The notes beneath the pieces were generated by a model, which had not been told where the DNA came from, ran no database searches, and saw nothing but the letters and a program-made list of their open reading frames with translations. From NCBI RefSeq assembly GCF_018350175.1, contig NC_058373.1, positions 109,804,001-109,868,000 of the forward strand: 64,000 nucleotides of DNA. The letters run 5' to 3'. Numbering within the stretch: the stretch's first letter is position 1; each line of letters begins with the position of its first letter. This stretch comes from Felis catus. Its lineage: Eukaryota. The position numbers and the translations under genes were made by a program. Positions 48,820-61,362 of the stretch are shown here, one piece after another.

Positions 48820-48980
48820 TGAAAGGGATTTTAGAGAACATCGAGTCTAACCTCTTCGTTTAATATGTGAGGAAATTGTGTCTCACAGAAGACAGAGCTG
48901 GTGCCTAAAGGTGTAGCAGAGTCGAGTCAGAGTCCAAAATCAAATCAAAACAGAACTTCTGGTCTTCTGCTTTCTTCATC
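48820..48980. mobile_element. MIR-like fragment
   Basis: gaaagggattttagagaacatcgagtctaacc...tgaggaaattgtgtctcacag. Confidence 0.55.
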
Positions 48981-50616
48981 TGTAACATACTGGCTTGAAT
49001 GTATTTCTTTTATTCAGCATAACCTGTTTTGTCACTGTGTGTTTCGGAGAAAACAGACACAGGATGGGAACGTGAAAGTCAATACCAGTTTGGCACTAGC
49101 ATCTTCATGCAGAATGGAATTCATGCACAAAGACTTTCACAAGAATGGACAAAAGAATTCTGTAAAGTGTCAAGGTCAGGACTGGAAAAAAACCACTGCT
49201 TGCAAGCCCAGAATCTGAAACCAGCTTTATAATAGACATTAACATATGATGACATGGAATACCTTAAAGCCCCCAAAGGCAGAAGTCTACAGTCTTTCCT
49301 CCTGACTTCTAAAAGCGCCTCATGGAACAGTCACCCAAGTTTCACTGGAATGAGTTTCAGGTGAATGGTGTACATGGAACGCCTGCACGTGCAGATCTGC
49401 TATAGCCAGTAACATGTTTGAGGCCTAACTGTAAGGTAAAATATAAGACAATATGGTCATTATGTCTTTTTCAGATAGGACCCCCCCCCACCCCCACCCC
49501 ATGAAGCAGTCAAGAGCCTTTTGAACAAAAATGCTGAATCAGGAAAATTAGGTGGTCATGGGTGTATCGGGGATTACCTCACACATGGGGAACATATCTT
49601 GGTGTCTGTGATTCTACTAGCGAACACCCTTCCCACACTCACCTCAGAGTTTTCATAACTCAAGCGGTTGGGGTTCATCAGATGTGTGATAGGTTCTGAC
49701 CTCTCAATCCATTGAAGAAACGTCACAGTCTCAGTATGGTGGGTTAAGAATTACGCTGAAGAACACCAGTGTTATTCCCAGAGTGGCTGGAAAGCCCAGA
49801 GTGAGTCCCCTGGGAGCTAGTCCTCACTGTAGAACGCAGAAAGCCTACTTGTAGCTGGTCTGCAGCCTCTTCCTTATCCTCGTGACCTGTTCCCTCATGG
49901 TCTGTTAGCGGGTTTCTGGGTATGTCATTAGTTTGTTTTACTTCCCTCTAGTGAGGGTTTGGAAGGTGAGGGGAGTAGTAGAACTTCATATTCAAAGTCC
50001 TAACTCACTGGGGTCTCCTCCTCTAACTGCATCTATGGAAGTCATGATCTCATGTCACCAAAATCAAGGCCTTGGGCTTCTTGATATAAAATCCAAGATT
50101 AATATATGAAATTACCTTATTTTTCCTCTTAATAGGTAAACAAGACTTAAAGCAAAACACATTAGCCTTTTCATTTATCACAGATTAAAAAAAAGAAGAA
50201 GAAACAAAAAAGTATCTATCAAACAATAGTTTTGATTACTTTCAAGCTGGGTGTAATTTCATCCCTGAGCTAAGTGAGTAATAAATACTGCAGCTCTTCT
50301 ACTGGTAAAGAAAGGCAACACTTCCTTATTTATACGAATTTCTTATTAAACATTTTTACAAACTTTTCAACTTTATATCCCACTACTCTCTTCCAGGTAC
50401 CTGACCACCTGCAGTGCATTTGTTTGCTAACCGTGTCTAACACACTCCCATTTTTGTGCCTTGGTTCTACTCATTGCTTCTACCAAAGATGTATCCTTTG
50501 CCCCACCACAGTGCTCTTAGCCCATCCAAATTTTCATTCACTTGGAACTGTTCAACACTGCATCATGAAGTTATAGTCTGCCTGCCTGAGGAAGTAATTA
50601 AGATTGCACATAATCA

Positions 50617-51071
50617 CAGGCATACCTCATTGTATTGCACTTCACAGATATTGCGGGGATTGGGTTTTGTTTTTTAGAAATTGAAGTTTTGTGGCAATCC
50701 TGTGTCGAACCAATCAGTGCCATTTTTCCGGCAGCATTTGCTCACTTTGTGTGTGTGTGTCACACGTTAGTAATTCTTGCAGTATTTTAAACTCTTTCCT
50801 TATGATGATGATCAGTGATTACAGACTCACTGAAAGCTCAGATGATGGTTAGCATTTTTTAGCAATAAAGTATTTTTTAAATTAAGATATGTCAATTGGG
50901 GTGTTTTTTTCCTAGATGTAATGCTATTGCACACTTAATAGACTACAGTATAGACATGACTTTTATATGCACTTTTTGGTAAAACAAAAAATTGATTTGA
51001 CTCCCTTTACTGTGATACTCACTGTATCCCAGTGATCTGAAACCAAACCCACAATATATGAGGTATGCCTG
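50617..51071 (+). mobile_element. Tigger1-derived MITE (Tigger1a_Car-like)
   Basis: TIRs caggcatacctc / gaggtatgcctg; TA on the right flank, CA on the left. Confidence 0.88.
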
Positions 51072-51685
51072 TATCTGCTAGTAATATTATAGATTTATGA
51101 ATTTGGTATGGAGTTGCTGTATATGAGCTCTGAGATCCTATATAGATCTAAAATGTTTTATAATTCTATAATCCCCTTAACATATGTAATGTGGGAAAAT
51201 GTAGATGATTTTTAGGAAAGATAGAAAAAATATTTCAGATGTAAATGCTGTATTTGGGTTTATAATTGATTAATGTTACTTATAAATTATGCTATATATT
51301 TAGACATTATATGTTAATTTTAAAAATTTACAGCTTATGTCCATAAATAAATTTTGGGAATATACTGCCAAGGGAAATGTTTTTAAAATATTTATTTTGT
51401 AACGCTATTTGAAACATTTTGCAGAGTGGAAAATGTTGAAGGAGTATTAGTTCAGTTTTTTATGTTCACTGTTTCAAGGCTGTTATCATAGTACTTCAAT
51501 GAGAAATAACCAAAAGTAACACTATCCATTAAAATGAGTTTGGCGAATTTCATCCCTAAATCAACCCAGATAAAAAGAGGGGCAAAGTAATATTCTCAAG
51601 ATTACACTTCTATAGCTTATTAACTGGGAACAAATGTTATACCCTCATTTATACAGAACACTTTTGGCAGATTCACTTTTAGTTT

Positions 51686-52225
51686 TTTTAGTGTTTATTT
51701 ATTTTTGAGAGAAAGCATGCACACGATCAAGCAGGAGAGGGGCAGAGCGAGAGGGAGATAGAGAGTCCCAAGCAAGCTCTGTGCTGTCAGTGCAGAGCCC
51801 AAGGAGGGGACGAAGGGCTCAAACTCAGGAACAGTGAGATCATGATCAGAGCTGAAACCAAGAGTTAGACTAAACTCAACTGACTGAGCCACCCAGGAAC
51901 CCCTTTAAAAATTTTTTTTTACCATTTATTTATTTTTGAGACAGAGCGTGGGTGTGCACATGTGTGTGTAAGTGGGGGAGGGGCAGAGAGAGAAGGAGAG
52001 AATAAAAATTTGCTTTTAAAGAAATAATACCTTGGGGCGCCTGAGTGGCTCAGTAGGTTAAGTATCCCACTTCAGCTTCGGTCATGATCTCCTGGTTCAT
52101 AAGTTCGAGCCCCTGCATCAGGCTCCTCTGCACTGAGAAGGCAGAGCCTGCTTGGGATATTCTCTCTCTCTCTCTGCCCCTGCCCACTCACACACTCTTT
52201 CTCTCAAAATAAATAGACTTTTAAA
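51686..52225. mobile_element. SINE cluster: - 51686-51903, partial - 51913-52010, + 52033-52225
   Basis: Heads and tails read directly. Confidence 0.88.
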
Positions 52226-52771
52226 AAGATAAATAATAATTTGGACAGAAATCACATTCTATAAAACAGGGCATTGAAGCAATTACAGGCAAAACATTTC
52301 AAGAATCTAAATTATCCTTTAAATATTTGCATGAAAAGTGATAAAATTCCTACCAGATAAATTGGAAGCATTTATTTACAAGCTAAAGTTTTAAAACAAC
52401 TAAAACAAGTAAAAAGTAAACTATTACATAATTTTTTACTTTTTTAGATCATTAATCTCTTTGAGAACCTGTTGGAAGTTGTAGAATTTTCCCCCCAGAA
52501 AAATGTACATACTATATAGCCTGTCTACGGATTGAGTATTCATTCAACATATGTTAATCAAATGCTTGCTGTCCCAGGGACCCAGAAGTAAATAGAGGCA
52601 CAGGCTATTTTTTGTTCATGGAGCTTATATCATAAAGACAGAACATTTGAAGCCAATAATACATAAGCAAGAGAATCCCAGGTTTTGATATATGCTATAA
52701 TGAGATTTCAGTTAAGAGAACCCCTAATACAGGACAAAGGGAAAACCTCAAATCTGAGGAGGTAATACTAT

Positions 52772-52985
52772 TGTTTTTGTTTTTTTTTTTAATTTTAAGT
52801 TTTTTATTTTGAGAGAGAGAGCAAGCAGGGTAAGGGTAGAGTGTGAAGAGAGAGAGAATCCCAAGCAAACTCCTCACTGTCAGCACAGAGCCTGATGCAG
52901 GGCTCAAACTCACAAACCGTGAGATCATGACCTGAGCTGAAACCAAGAGTCGGCGCTTAACTGACTGAGCCACCCAGGTGCCCCT
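52772..52985 (-). mobile_element. Can-SINE
   Basis: Reverse head and tail. Confidence 0.9.
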
Positions 52986-53335
52986 GTGGTAATTTTTTTT
53001 TTAAAGAATCCATTTTATATCTCCTAAGAAAAGGTCATTATGTAACAAAAACTTTGAAAACATGTATTAAATCAAATACTGCAAATAGCATAATAGGTAA
53101 GGTAAGTGTATGAAATTTTAAAACCTGAGATAATGGGCTTGGTGACATAAACCTAACAACGTTGTAGACATCATGATATAATTGGTTAGTATAGGTCACA
53201 AAGCAATTTCACAATTCATTTGGCTTTCAGAAAATGGGGGGAACCTCCTAAAATACAAACATATTCTGTCATATCCTGTTGCTTGCAGTGCTAGGGGCTG
53301 GGCTGTTTTAAATGGTGGAAAATGCACCAAGACTA

Positions 53336-53542
53336 GGGGTGCATGGGTGGCTCAGTTGGTTAGGCTTCCGACTTTGGCTCAGGTCATGATCTCACAGCTT
53401 GTGGGTTCAAGCCCCGCATCGGGCTTTGTGCTGACAGCTCAGAGCCTGGAGCCTGCTTCGGATTTAGTGTCTCCCTCTCTTTCTGCCCCTCCCCAACTTG
53501 CGCTTGCGCTCTCTCTCTCTCTTAAAAATAAACATTTAAAAA
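53336..53542 (+). mobile_element. Can-SINE
   Basis: TSD-like aaaatgcacc(aa)gacta. Confidence 0.9.
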
Positions 53543-54483
53543 AAATGCACCGACTAAAGATGATGAAAGGAAAAAGACAAATTTATAAAATACCTGCTAG
53601 TTGAAATTAACAAATTAGTGTTTATTTCTGGAAACATTTTTTTTTAAATGTTTCTTCTATTTTTCTTTGAATTCTCCCTCCTGTCTTATAAGCAGGGCAT
53701 GCTTTGTTTATAAAGATGTGTAGTGGGCTTAAAAATGGAGAGTTTTCTAAAATGTCCTTTATAGTTAGCGTGTTAAAATTTATTTTTATTGTGCTATTTG
53801 CAGCTTATGTAACCACAATTAAAATTTAACTGTGTAAAGAGGTGCTTTTTTTTTTTCTTTTTAACTTAAGTACACTACAGAAGAAACTGGAAGAACATGA
53901 CCAAAATCTGGCAAAATATCCTGCATGGTACCATCCACTATGTCCGGTTACAGTACTCTTCTCAAAATATTGCTTGTTCCCTTTCCAAAAAAATCTCTTT
54001 AGCAGACAGTAAAAACTCCCTTCAGAAAAACTAATTCAACTTTTAAGTTGAATTTTAAAAATTGGTCCTTACTCATGTCCAGATTAAACAGATTTTTAAA
54101 TCTAGTGAAAACCTTGTTAACAAGAATGAAATTGTTTTGCTAATAAAAAATCTTTGCAGTATAAAATTATGTGATCGTATATTCAAAATTAAAACATTCT
54201 AGTATTTACTCCTCCTTAGGGAATATTTTATGAAAATTTTCTTTTAAATTATACTCCTATCGCTGAATTTTTGTTGCGTTTGAAAGACACATTTACTAAA
54301 GATTATAAAGGAAGCTAGTAAATAAAAGTAATTATACAAATCTACTGTAGTCACATTGTTTTACATTAGGTCTTCTAATGAGTTTCTGGCAGACCTAGGT
54401 TTTGCAATTGACATATCACAGCATTTTAAAGTTACAAAATGAAATGTCCATATGTTAATTCAGCTTGAAAAAATACCTATTCC

Positions 54484-54915
54484 TGGGGTACCTGGGTGGC
54501 TCAGCTGGTTAAGCGTCCAACTCTTGGTTTCCACTCCTGTCGTGATCTCCTGGTCATGAGATCAAACCCCACGTCCAGCTCTGGGATGACAGCATGGATC
54601 CTGCTTGGGATTCTTTCTTTGCTCCTTGCCAGCTAGCACACACTCACTCACTCTCTCTCTCTCAAAATAAATAAACATTAAAACAAAACAAAACAAAAAA
54701 ACCCTGTTCCTGGAGCGCCTGGGTGGCTCAGTCAGTTAAACCTCCCACCTCAGCTCAGGTCATGATATCACGGTTCATGGGTTCGAGCCCTGCATCAGGC
54801 TCTGTGCTGACAGCTCAGAGCCTGGAGCCTGCTTCAGATTCTGTGTCTCCCTCTCTCCCTCAGCCCCTCCCCTGCTCTCTCCCTGTCTCTCAAAAATAAA
54901 CATTAACAAAAACAA
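54484..54915 (+). mobile_element. Two tandem Can-SINEs
   Basis: cct(a/g)ttcct triplicated at the junctions. Confidence 0.9.
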
Positions 54916-55224
54916 AAACCTGTTCCTAATACTGTGTCTAATGCCTGAGACGATGAATTGGCAGTCAACTACCTATAATACCATTGGCCACAGATTCTGC
55001 TGAAACATTTTATTCATGTTTCTTAATATTATGAAACTCTTTACTAAAAGTACAATGTCAGAATGATCACAATTGGAGCCCAAAGGCAGTTTGAACCCTG
55101 AGGAATTTCTTTGATATCTTCTATTACTGAACACAGAACTCTGGTTTTGAATAAGATGCTTCAGAGGAAAAGCCTGCTAGAATGAAAATCCTAAATATAT
55201 TTTATAAATATCAGATAATACAGA

Positions 55225-55286
55225 GAACAAATGCAAAGAAGGTAAACAAAACAAAATACTCTTCAATTCTGAATTTGGCTTTTATT
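55225..55286 (-). terminator. SGPP1: SGPP1 polyadenylation signal with downstream U/GU-rich element
   Basis: AATAAA (tttatt at 55281-55286) followed on the minus strand, about 25-30 nt later, by tattttgttttgtttaccttctttgcatttgtt. Confidence 0.75.
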
Positions 55287-57141
55287 TTAAAATACATTTA
55301 GCATGGAGATACCATAGGACAGAAAATAATAAATCACAAAGAAATGGAATATTTTCAAATACCTTTTAAGCTAGATATAAAAATTAATAAGATAGCATAG
55401 ACCCAAATTATGGGAAATAGTTCCTAAAATTCAATTCATTAAACACATTTTGAAAGAAAAGTTCTTTGCACATTTTCCAACGTACCGATATGTTCCTAAG
55501 TGCCTCAGTTTCCTACTAACAGCTAAAGGTCCCAAATTTAGTTGTTTTACTTAAAATTATCATATTCAATGTTGGTAAAAATTACCATGTCCCTAAATTC
55601 TCAATCGGAATTATAAAAATATGAGTTCAAATAGTTATGCTGTCCAAAATAGAAACATCTTAAGTGATACTTCTGGATAATCAGACAGATATTGCACTAA
55701 AGTCAGTAATTCCATACCTGATGCTCATTTATATGGAAAGTTAACTCTCTTAAGAAAAACTTACTACAAATAAACTTAATGTTAACCTAATTACAATTAC
55801 ACTTCAAAATATAAAGGCACAGACAGAAGAAAGAATAGTTTAATACCCAAATTTTCCACTGTGAAAATAATAAAAATTGAAAAAATAATAGGATCTAAAA
55901 TACTGATACTTTCAGATTTTATAATTTACCTTAAGTAGCTAATAAATGGGTATTAAAAGTTAACACTGCTAAATCCAATCCTTTCCAAATAATTTAGAAA
56001 AACGGTTTGTTTATAAATTAAGTGTGTGCATTGTCCCATCTATAAATTTCAATTACATTTCCATTCATTGGAAGTATCTACCTGCAGTATAAACAATCAA
56101 GACAATGTACAAAAAATATATCTTGTTCCTAAAACTTACAATGCACAGAAAAATACCTACAAAAATGGAAATACTTATCCATTTAGCTACCCAATAAATT
56201 AGTGAGAAAGTTTAACCCATTCCACATTTCTTTCCAAACAAAGGCTAAAGAATTGAGGGTGGCTTGCTTCTAGCCCTGTTAGTTTGACATGTATTTTTAA
56301 AACATTTGCCTGATTATATGTAACTTAAGATAAAGATAGTATCTTATTTTTGTATCACAGTATACATGGCATTTCTTAATTCAGCAACAGAAAGGCACAA
56401 TTAGCAAGCAATAAAATTCAGTACCTGAATTATTAAACTGATGTCCAGAACAACTGCAAATAAAGTACATTCAACACAGTGTACAGAATTGAAAAAAAAA
56501 AAAAAACCCTAATTTTTCTGAAAATTTGGTCCATTAAAAATGCCTCCCATGCTCAACATCATGGGTAACATGAAAGGTGACGGCAGTGTAAAAAGAGGCA
56601 GTAAAACATTATGTGGTGGCATATGAATTCTGGTCTAGTAATTACGCAATTCAATTAGGAAATGGTTCCCATAGTAAATAAATGTTAAATATATCTGTTA
56701 ATAACAACGTGCCTGTACTAAATCCAAATATACCGGCACACTGTTTGCATATTATTATTGATTTTATAATACAGCCCCACAGTTTAAAATAACTTAGGTA
56801 TATTATTTCATATATAACATACATTAGATACATAATTGTACATTATGTATCTTAATATATATTATATATAACTCGAATTCATAACAGCATAAAACTCTCT
56901 AAACATTACATGAACATTCTAAATGGATACTTATCATTTTCTCAGTGTTGAAATAGCTCAGCTCACCTAAAACAATATCTGGATGTGCAATGATAAAATG
57001 CACTGACTCTTACGAATTTACTTAAATAATTATTTAAGTTAAATTCCTGCAAAAGCCTAACTCTGATTTGGCTTTTAACTAGGATATATTTTTAGATATC
57101 AGTAACTGATACCCTCCTTTCTTATAAACAGTATTTCTGCA
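55262..57141 (-). other. SGPP1: SGPP1 3'UTR (about 1.9 kb, AU-rich, repeat-free)
   Basis: Lies between the TGA stop and AATAAA; no SINE inside despite the very high local SINE density. Confidence 0.8.
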
Positions 57142-57693
57142 TCAAGAGATACCAATAAAGAAAAATAGATAAGGAACCAAAAATGTGATAGAGAAACCAA
57201 CCATTCCATAGGTAATATACCGATAAGGAAGTTCAACTTCCATGTGTTGTCTTGCTTTTCGAATATCATCACATGGTATACTGAAGATTTTACAGGCTAA
57301 AGGAATGGTGATCCTTTTCATTATATCTCTGACTATTAGTACAAATACCATCCCGATGAGGATCCGCAGTATGGCTTTTCCAAACATAGTCACGGTAATG
57401 GGGGGCAGAGCTAATGGTAGTATATCCAGAGAAGGATCTAACATTAGACCCACATTATGGCTAACATGAGATCCACATGCAATTCCAGCACCACTTCCTA
57501 GAATCTCAGCTGTGTCTCCTCGGGATGTACTCCAGGTGTCAAGAGTGAAAGAAAAGATCCCCAAGGCTAAATGAAGCCCGATGATGATTAATGGAGCATA
57601 TTTGTGAGTTTGGTTGAAGTCGTCAATCAGGTCCACAAACGGATAGAAGATAGCTAAGATTAAAATGGTATATAGGAATCCGGCAATAATATC
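57142..57693 (-). CDS. SGPP1: Sphingosine-1-phosphate phosphatase 1, last coding exon (183 aa, DIIAGFLY...FFFIGIS)
   Basis: Translation recognised as the SGPP1 C-terminus ([36 protein letters not shown]). Phase-0 acceptor ctttacttttctcttttcccag| before 57693; the ORF-track extension to 57762 is intronic. Confidence 0.97.
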   Translation of the reverse strand, partial: DIIAGFLYTILILAIFYPFVDLIDDFNQTHKYAPLIIIGLHLALGIFSFTLDTWSTSRGDTAEILGSGAGIACGSHVSHNVGLMLDPSLDILPLALPPITVTMFGKAILRILIGMVFVLIVRDIMKRITIPLACKIFSIPCDDIRKARQHMEVELPYRYITYGMVGFSITFLVPYLFFFIGIS

Positions 57694-57889
57694 CTGGGAA
57701 AAGAGAAAAGTAAAGTTGTTCAGCATAATACTATTTTTGACATTTAAAAACATATATTTCACATTTTAAATATTAATACAGATTCTTTAGATGTCACATT
57801 TTCAAACTTTACTGACCATATAATAAATACTAAACATTTAGTGATAATAAAAAGATTAATTTGATGATAATAATGAAAGTATTATGTTT

Positions 57890-58103
57890 TTGGGCGCCTG
57901 GGTGGCCCACTCATTTGCGCATCTGACTCTTGACTTCGGTTCAGGCCCGGATCTCATGGTTCATGTGATCAAGCCCTATGTCGGGCTCTGTGCTGACAGT
58001 GCACAGCTTGCTTGGGATTCTCTCTCTCCCTCCCTCTTTACCCCTTGCCTGCTTGTGCTCATGCATGTGCATGCATGCCCTCTCTCTCAAAATAAACATT
58101 TAA
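57890..58103 (+). mobile_element. Can-SINE (older)
   Basis: Head, CT region and A tail. Confidence 0.85.
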
Positions 58104-58217
58104 AAGCTATGTTTTCATAATTCTACCTTTTTATAAACTAACTACATATATACTATATAAGATTTATATTTAAATCCTTAACAATAAACTCTGCCTAAAT
58201 TGTGTAGCTTTTTTTAA

Positions 58218-58663
58218 CTTTTTAAAAAAATTATTTATTTTATTTAGGAGAGAGAGTGGGGGCGCCTAGGTGGCTCAGTGGGTTAAGCGTCTGACTTCAG
58301 CTCAGGTCATGATCTCACAGTTTGTGAGTTTGAGCCCCGTGTCAGGCTCTGTGCTGACAGCTCAGAGCCTGGAGCCTGCTTCGGATTCTCTGTCTCCCTC
58401 TCTCTCTGCCCCTCCCTTGCTCACGCTCTGTCTCTGTCTCTCAAAAAATGAATAAACGTTAAAAAAAAATGTTTTTTTTAAAGGAGAGAGAATTCAAGCA
58501 GGGCAGGGGCAGAAAGAGATGTGGAGAGAGTGAATCCCTAGCAGTCTCTGCACCTGCAGTGTGGAGCCCAACGCAGTGCTGGAAACCCATGAACCATGAG
58601 ATCATGACTTGAGCAGAAACCAAGAGTCAGACACTTAACCAACTGAGTCATCCAGGTGCCCCA
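58218..58663. mobile_element. Plus-strand SINE (58258-58470) nested in a minus-strand SINE
   Basis: TSD aggagagaga at ~58247-58256 and 58482-58491. Confidence 0.9.
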
Positions 58664-58692
58664 TGTGTAGTTTTGATTTCTGGGAAATTACA

Positions 58693-59031
58693 CAACTGAC
58701 CCTTAAACAATGTGAGGATTGGGGTGGCCACCCCATATACAATAAAAAACTCATATATAACTTTGACTCCCCCAAAACTCAACTACTAATAGCCTACTAC
58801 TGACCTGAAGCCTTACCAATAACTAAACATCAACTAACACATATAATTAATGCTATACATGTTATATACTGTATTCTTACAGTAAAGTAAGAGAAATAAA
58901 AGAGTAAAGAGAAAGTAAAAAGAAATAAAAATGTTAAGGAAATCATAAGAGAAAAGACATTCAGTACTATAAAAAATCTGCATATAAGTAGACCCATGCA
59001 ACTCAAATCCATGTTGTTAAAGGGTCAACTG
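58693..59031 (+). mobile_element. Tigger2a-like MITE
   Basis: TIRs caactgacccttaaacaa / ttgttaaagggtcaactg followed by TA. Confidence 0.85.
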
Positions 59032-59070
59032 TAGTTGCCTAATGTTTTTCTGTCTTAAAATTTTTATTAG

Positions 59071-59312
59071 GGGGGCGCCTGGGTGGCGCAGTTGGTTAAG
59101 CGTCCGACTTCAGCCAGGTCACGATCTCACGGTCCGTGAGTTCGAGCCCCGCGTCAGGCTCTGGGCTGATGGCTCAGAGCCTGGAGCCTGTTTCCGATTC
59201 TGTGTCTCCCTCTCTCTCTGCCCCTCCCCCATTCATGCTCTGTCTCTCTCTGTCCCAAAAATAAATAAACGTTGAAAAAAAATTTTTTTTAATAAAAAAA
59301 ATAAATAAATAA
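59071..59312 (+). mobile_element. Young SINEC_Fc
   Basis: TSD aaattttt(t)attag. Confidence 0.95.
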
Positions 59313-59525
59313 ATAAATTTTTTATTAGGTAATAACTGATACATAGAAAAAGATATGTAGAGTGTGTATGAAGTTATAAAATTCATATCTATGAAATCAC
59401 TGCTGCAAAAAAAGATAATAATATTACCAGTACTTTGAATCTTTTGTATGCTGTCTCCCAACTCTATCACTCTGTATCCTCCACAAAGGCAATTATAATA
59501 AACCTGAGTTTTGGCTGAATAAATA

Positions 59526-59754
59526 CAGTAAAACCTTGGGTTGTGAATAACTTGTTCTGCAAGTGTTCAAACATTTCTAATAAATTTTAATTTGATAAAC
59601 GAGTGATGTCCTGCAATACAAGTAGTACATGATGCCGAATGTCACATGATCATAACTGAGCCAATGGTTCTTGAAATTCGCTTTGATATACGAGTGCTTC
59701 AGATTACAAGCATGTTTCTGGAACAAATTATGCTCACAAACCAAGGTTCTACTG
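59526..59754. mobile_element. 229-bp Tc1/mariner (Tigger/pogo-type) MITE
   Basis: TIR cagtaaaaccttgg / ccaaggttctactg, extending imperfectly to about 34 bp; TA on the left flank. Confidence 0.8.
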
Positions 59755-59799
59755 CACTTGTTAAAAGCTTTCATCACATATCTCCAAACAAACAAAAAA

Positions 59800-60640
59800 T
59801 GATCTAGTTTTGCTTCTTTCTGAGCTTATAAAAATGTTATATAGTGCACAGTTCAAGATTCATTCCTTATATGTAGTTGTAGGTCATTCACTTTCCCAAC
59901 TGTGTAATACTTCGCTGTGTGATTATACAGTTTACTTATTCATTATTCCACTGGTGGTAATTTAAGTTGTTCATAGGTTTTGGATTAGTTTATTGGCTAT
60001 GGTTGAGCTTGAGTGCTTTCTTAATTAGTATCTCTTCTTAAACCAACCAGGAATATTATAACCAGTGCAACCATTTTTTTTTTGTTTCAGTGTTGCCTGG
60101 TGTGGGCAGAGTTTCCTAGAAACAGAATGGCAGAATCATGGGGTATGTGCATGTTCCATTTTATAAGATTAAAAATTTCCAAAATGTTCGTAAAAATTTA
60201 CATCCCATCAGTTCTGCATTTCTTGATGTTTAAATTGCATTTTCCTGATTTTTTATAAGATTATGAGTTATTCCTTTTCTCTGTAATGTATATTTGTGTC
60301 TTTTTGTAACCATTCTTTTAGATTTTTTTCTTGTTGATTTACATGATTTTTTTCATATTGTATTCATATATAAATCCTCTATCAATAAAATCTCATCAAT
60401 AACATGTTCTATAAACATCTTTTTTGGATTTTGTAGCTTGCCTTTTCATTTTCTTTACGGCACCTTTTAGTGAAGAGAAGTTCTAAATTTAATGTAGTCA
60501 TATTTATCATTGTATCTTGTTTAAGAAAGCCCTCTCTGCCACAAAATCATAAAGGTATACTATTCAAAAAGTTTTTAAGTTTGCCTTCTACATTTAAGAC
60601 TTCAGTATATCCTCAAACTCTTGCCATTGTCCTCATTGTG
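59800..60640 (-). mobile_element. Ancient L1 (L1ME/MD-like) fragment
   Basis: agattcattc...gcagaatcatggggtatg...aattgcattttcctgat...tgtagcttgccttttcatt. Confidence 0.6.
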
Positions 60641-61255
60641 CAGAAGTTCAACGACTTTGTCATGGATCAGTGAAGTTAACAGTACAATGCACTGTTCTAA
60701 ACTATGTAAAATTCTAAATCAGAATACTGTGGAATAGAAGAAGGGCTGAAGGTACAGACAATTCCTAAAGAGAGTAAGAACTGAATGTGCAGCTAAAAAT
60801 TTTGAAGAATTTAAGTTCTTTAACCACCACCTTCCTGGGAAGCGTATCACATTGTAGACACTCAAATATTTATTGGACAAATAAATGAATCCCTTACATG
60901 AATCTATTCTAACAAAATCTACTAAATTATTTGTAAGTGAATCTTTACTCTGTTTTTCAACAATTACATTATAGGCATCATTAAAAAAAACATTTTAAAA
61001 ATTTATTTCTATATAGAACAAGTTTTTCCTGATATTTTCCAATTCTAAAAATATGAAATGAGATTATTTAAAAGCAATTGTGTTCTCTTTATATAAGTGA
61101 CTGCTTTCATAGTAGGTCGAAGAAAAATATAAGCAATTAACAAAATGTTTATCAAATTGTGAACTAAAGCAATATCACTTGTGTATTCAAACTTCTTAGA
61201 AGGCATATAAAGCATTTCATATCTGGCTTCTGCCTATCCTAACACTTCAATGCCA

Positions 61256-61362
61256 GGGGCCCCTGGCTGGCTCAGGCAGTAGAGCATATATGACTCTTGA
61301 TCTCAGAGTTCTAAGTTCGAGCCCCACAATGGGTATAGAGATTACTTAATAAAAAGAATCTT
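61256..61362 (+). mobile_element. Short-form Can-SINE
   Basis: TSD aac(a/g)cttcaatgccagg. Confidence 0.85.

Noticed and set aside
57242..57469. 75-aa plus-strand ORF overlapping SGPP1
   Set aside because: Antisense shadow of the coding exon with no independent support.
57694..57762. N-terminal extension [23 protein letters not shown] of the 206-aa ORF
   Set aside because: It is the intronic polypyrimidine tract and acceptor; SGPP1 similarity starts at DIIAG.
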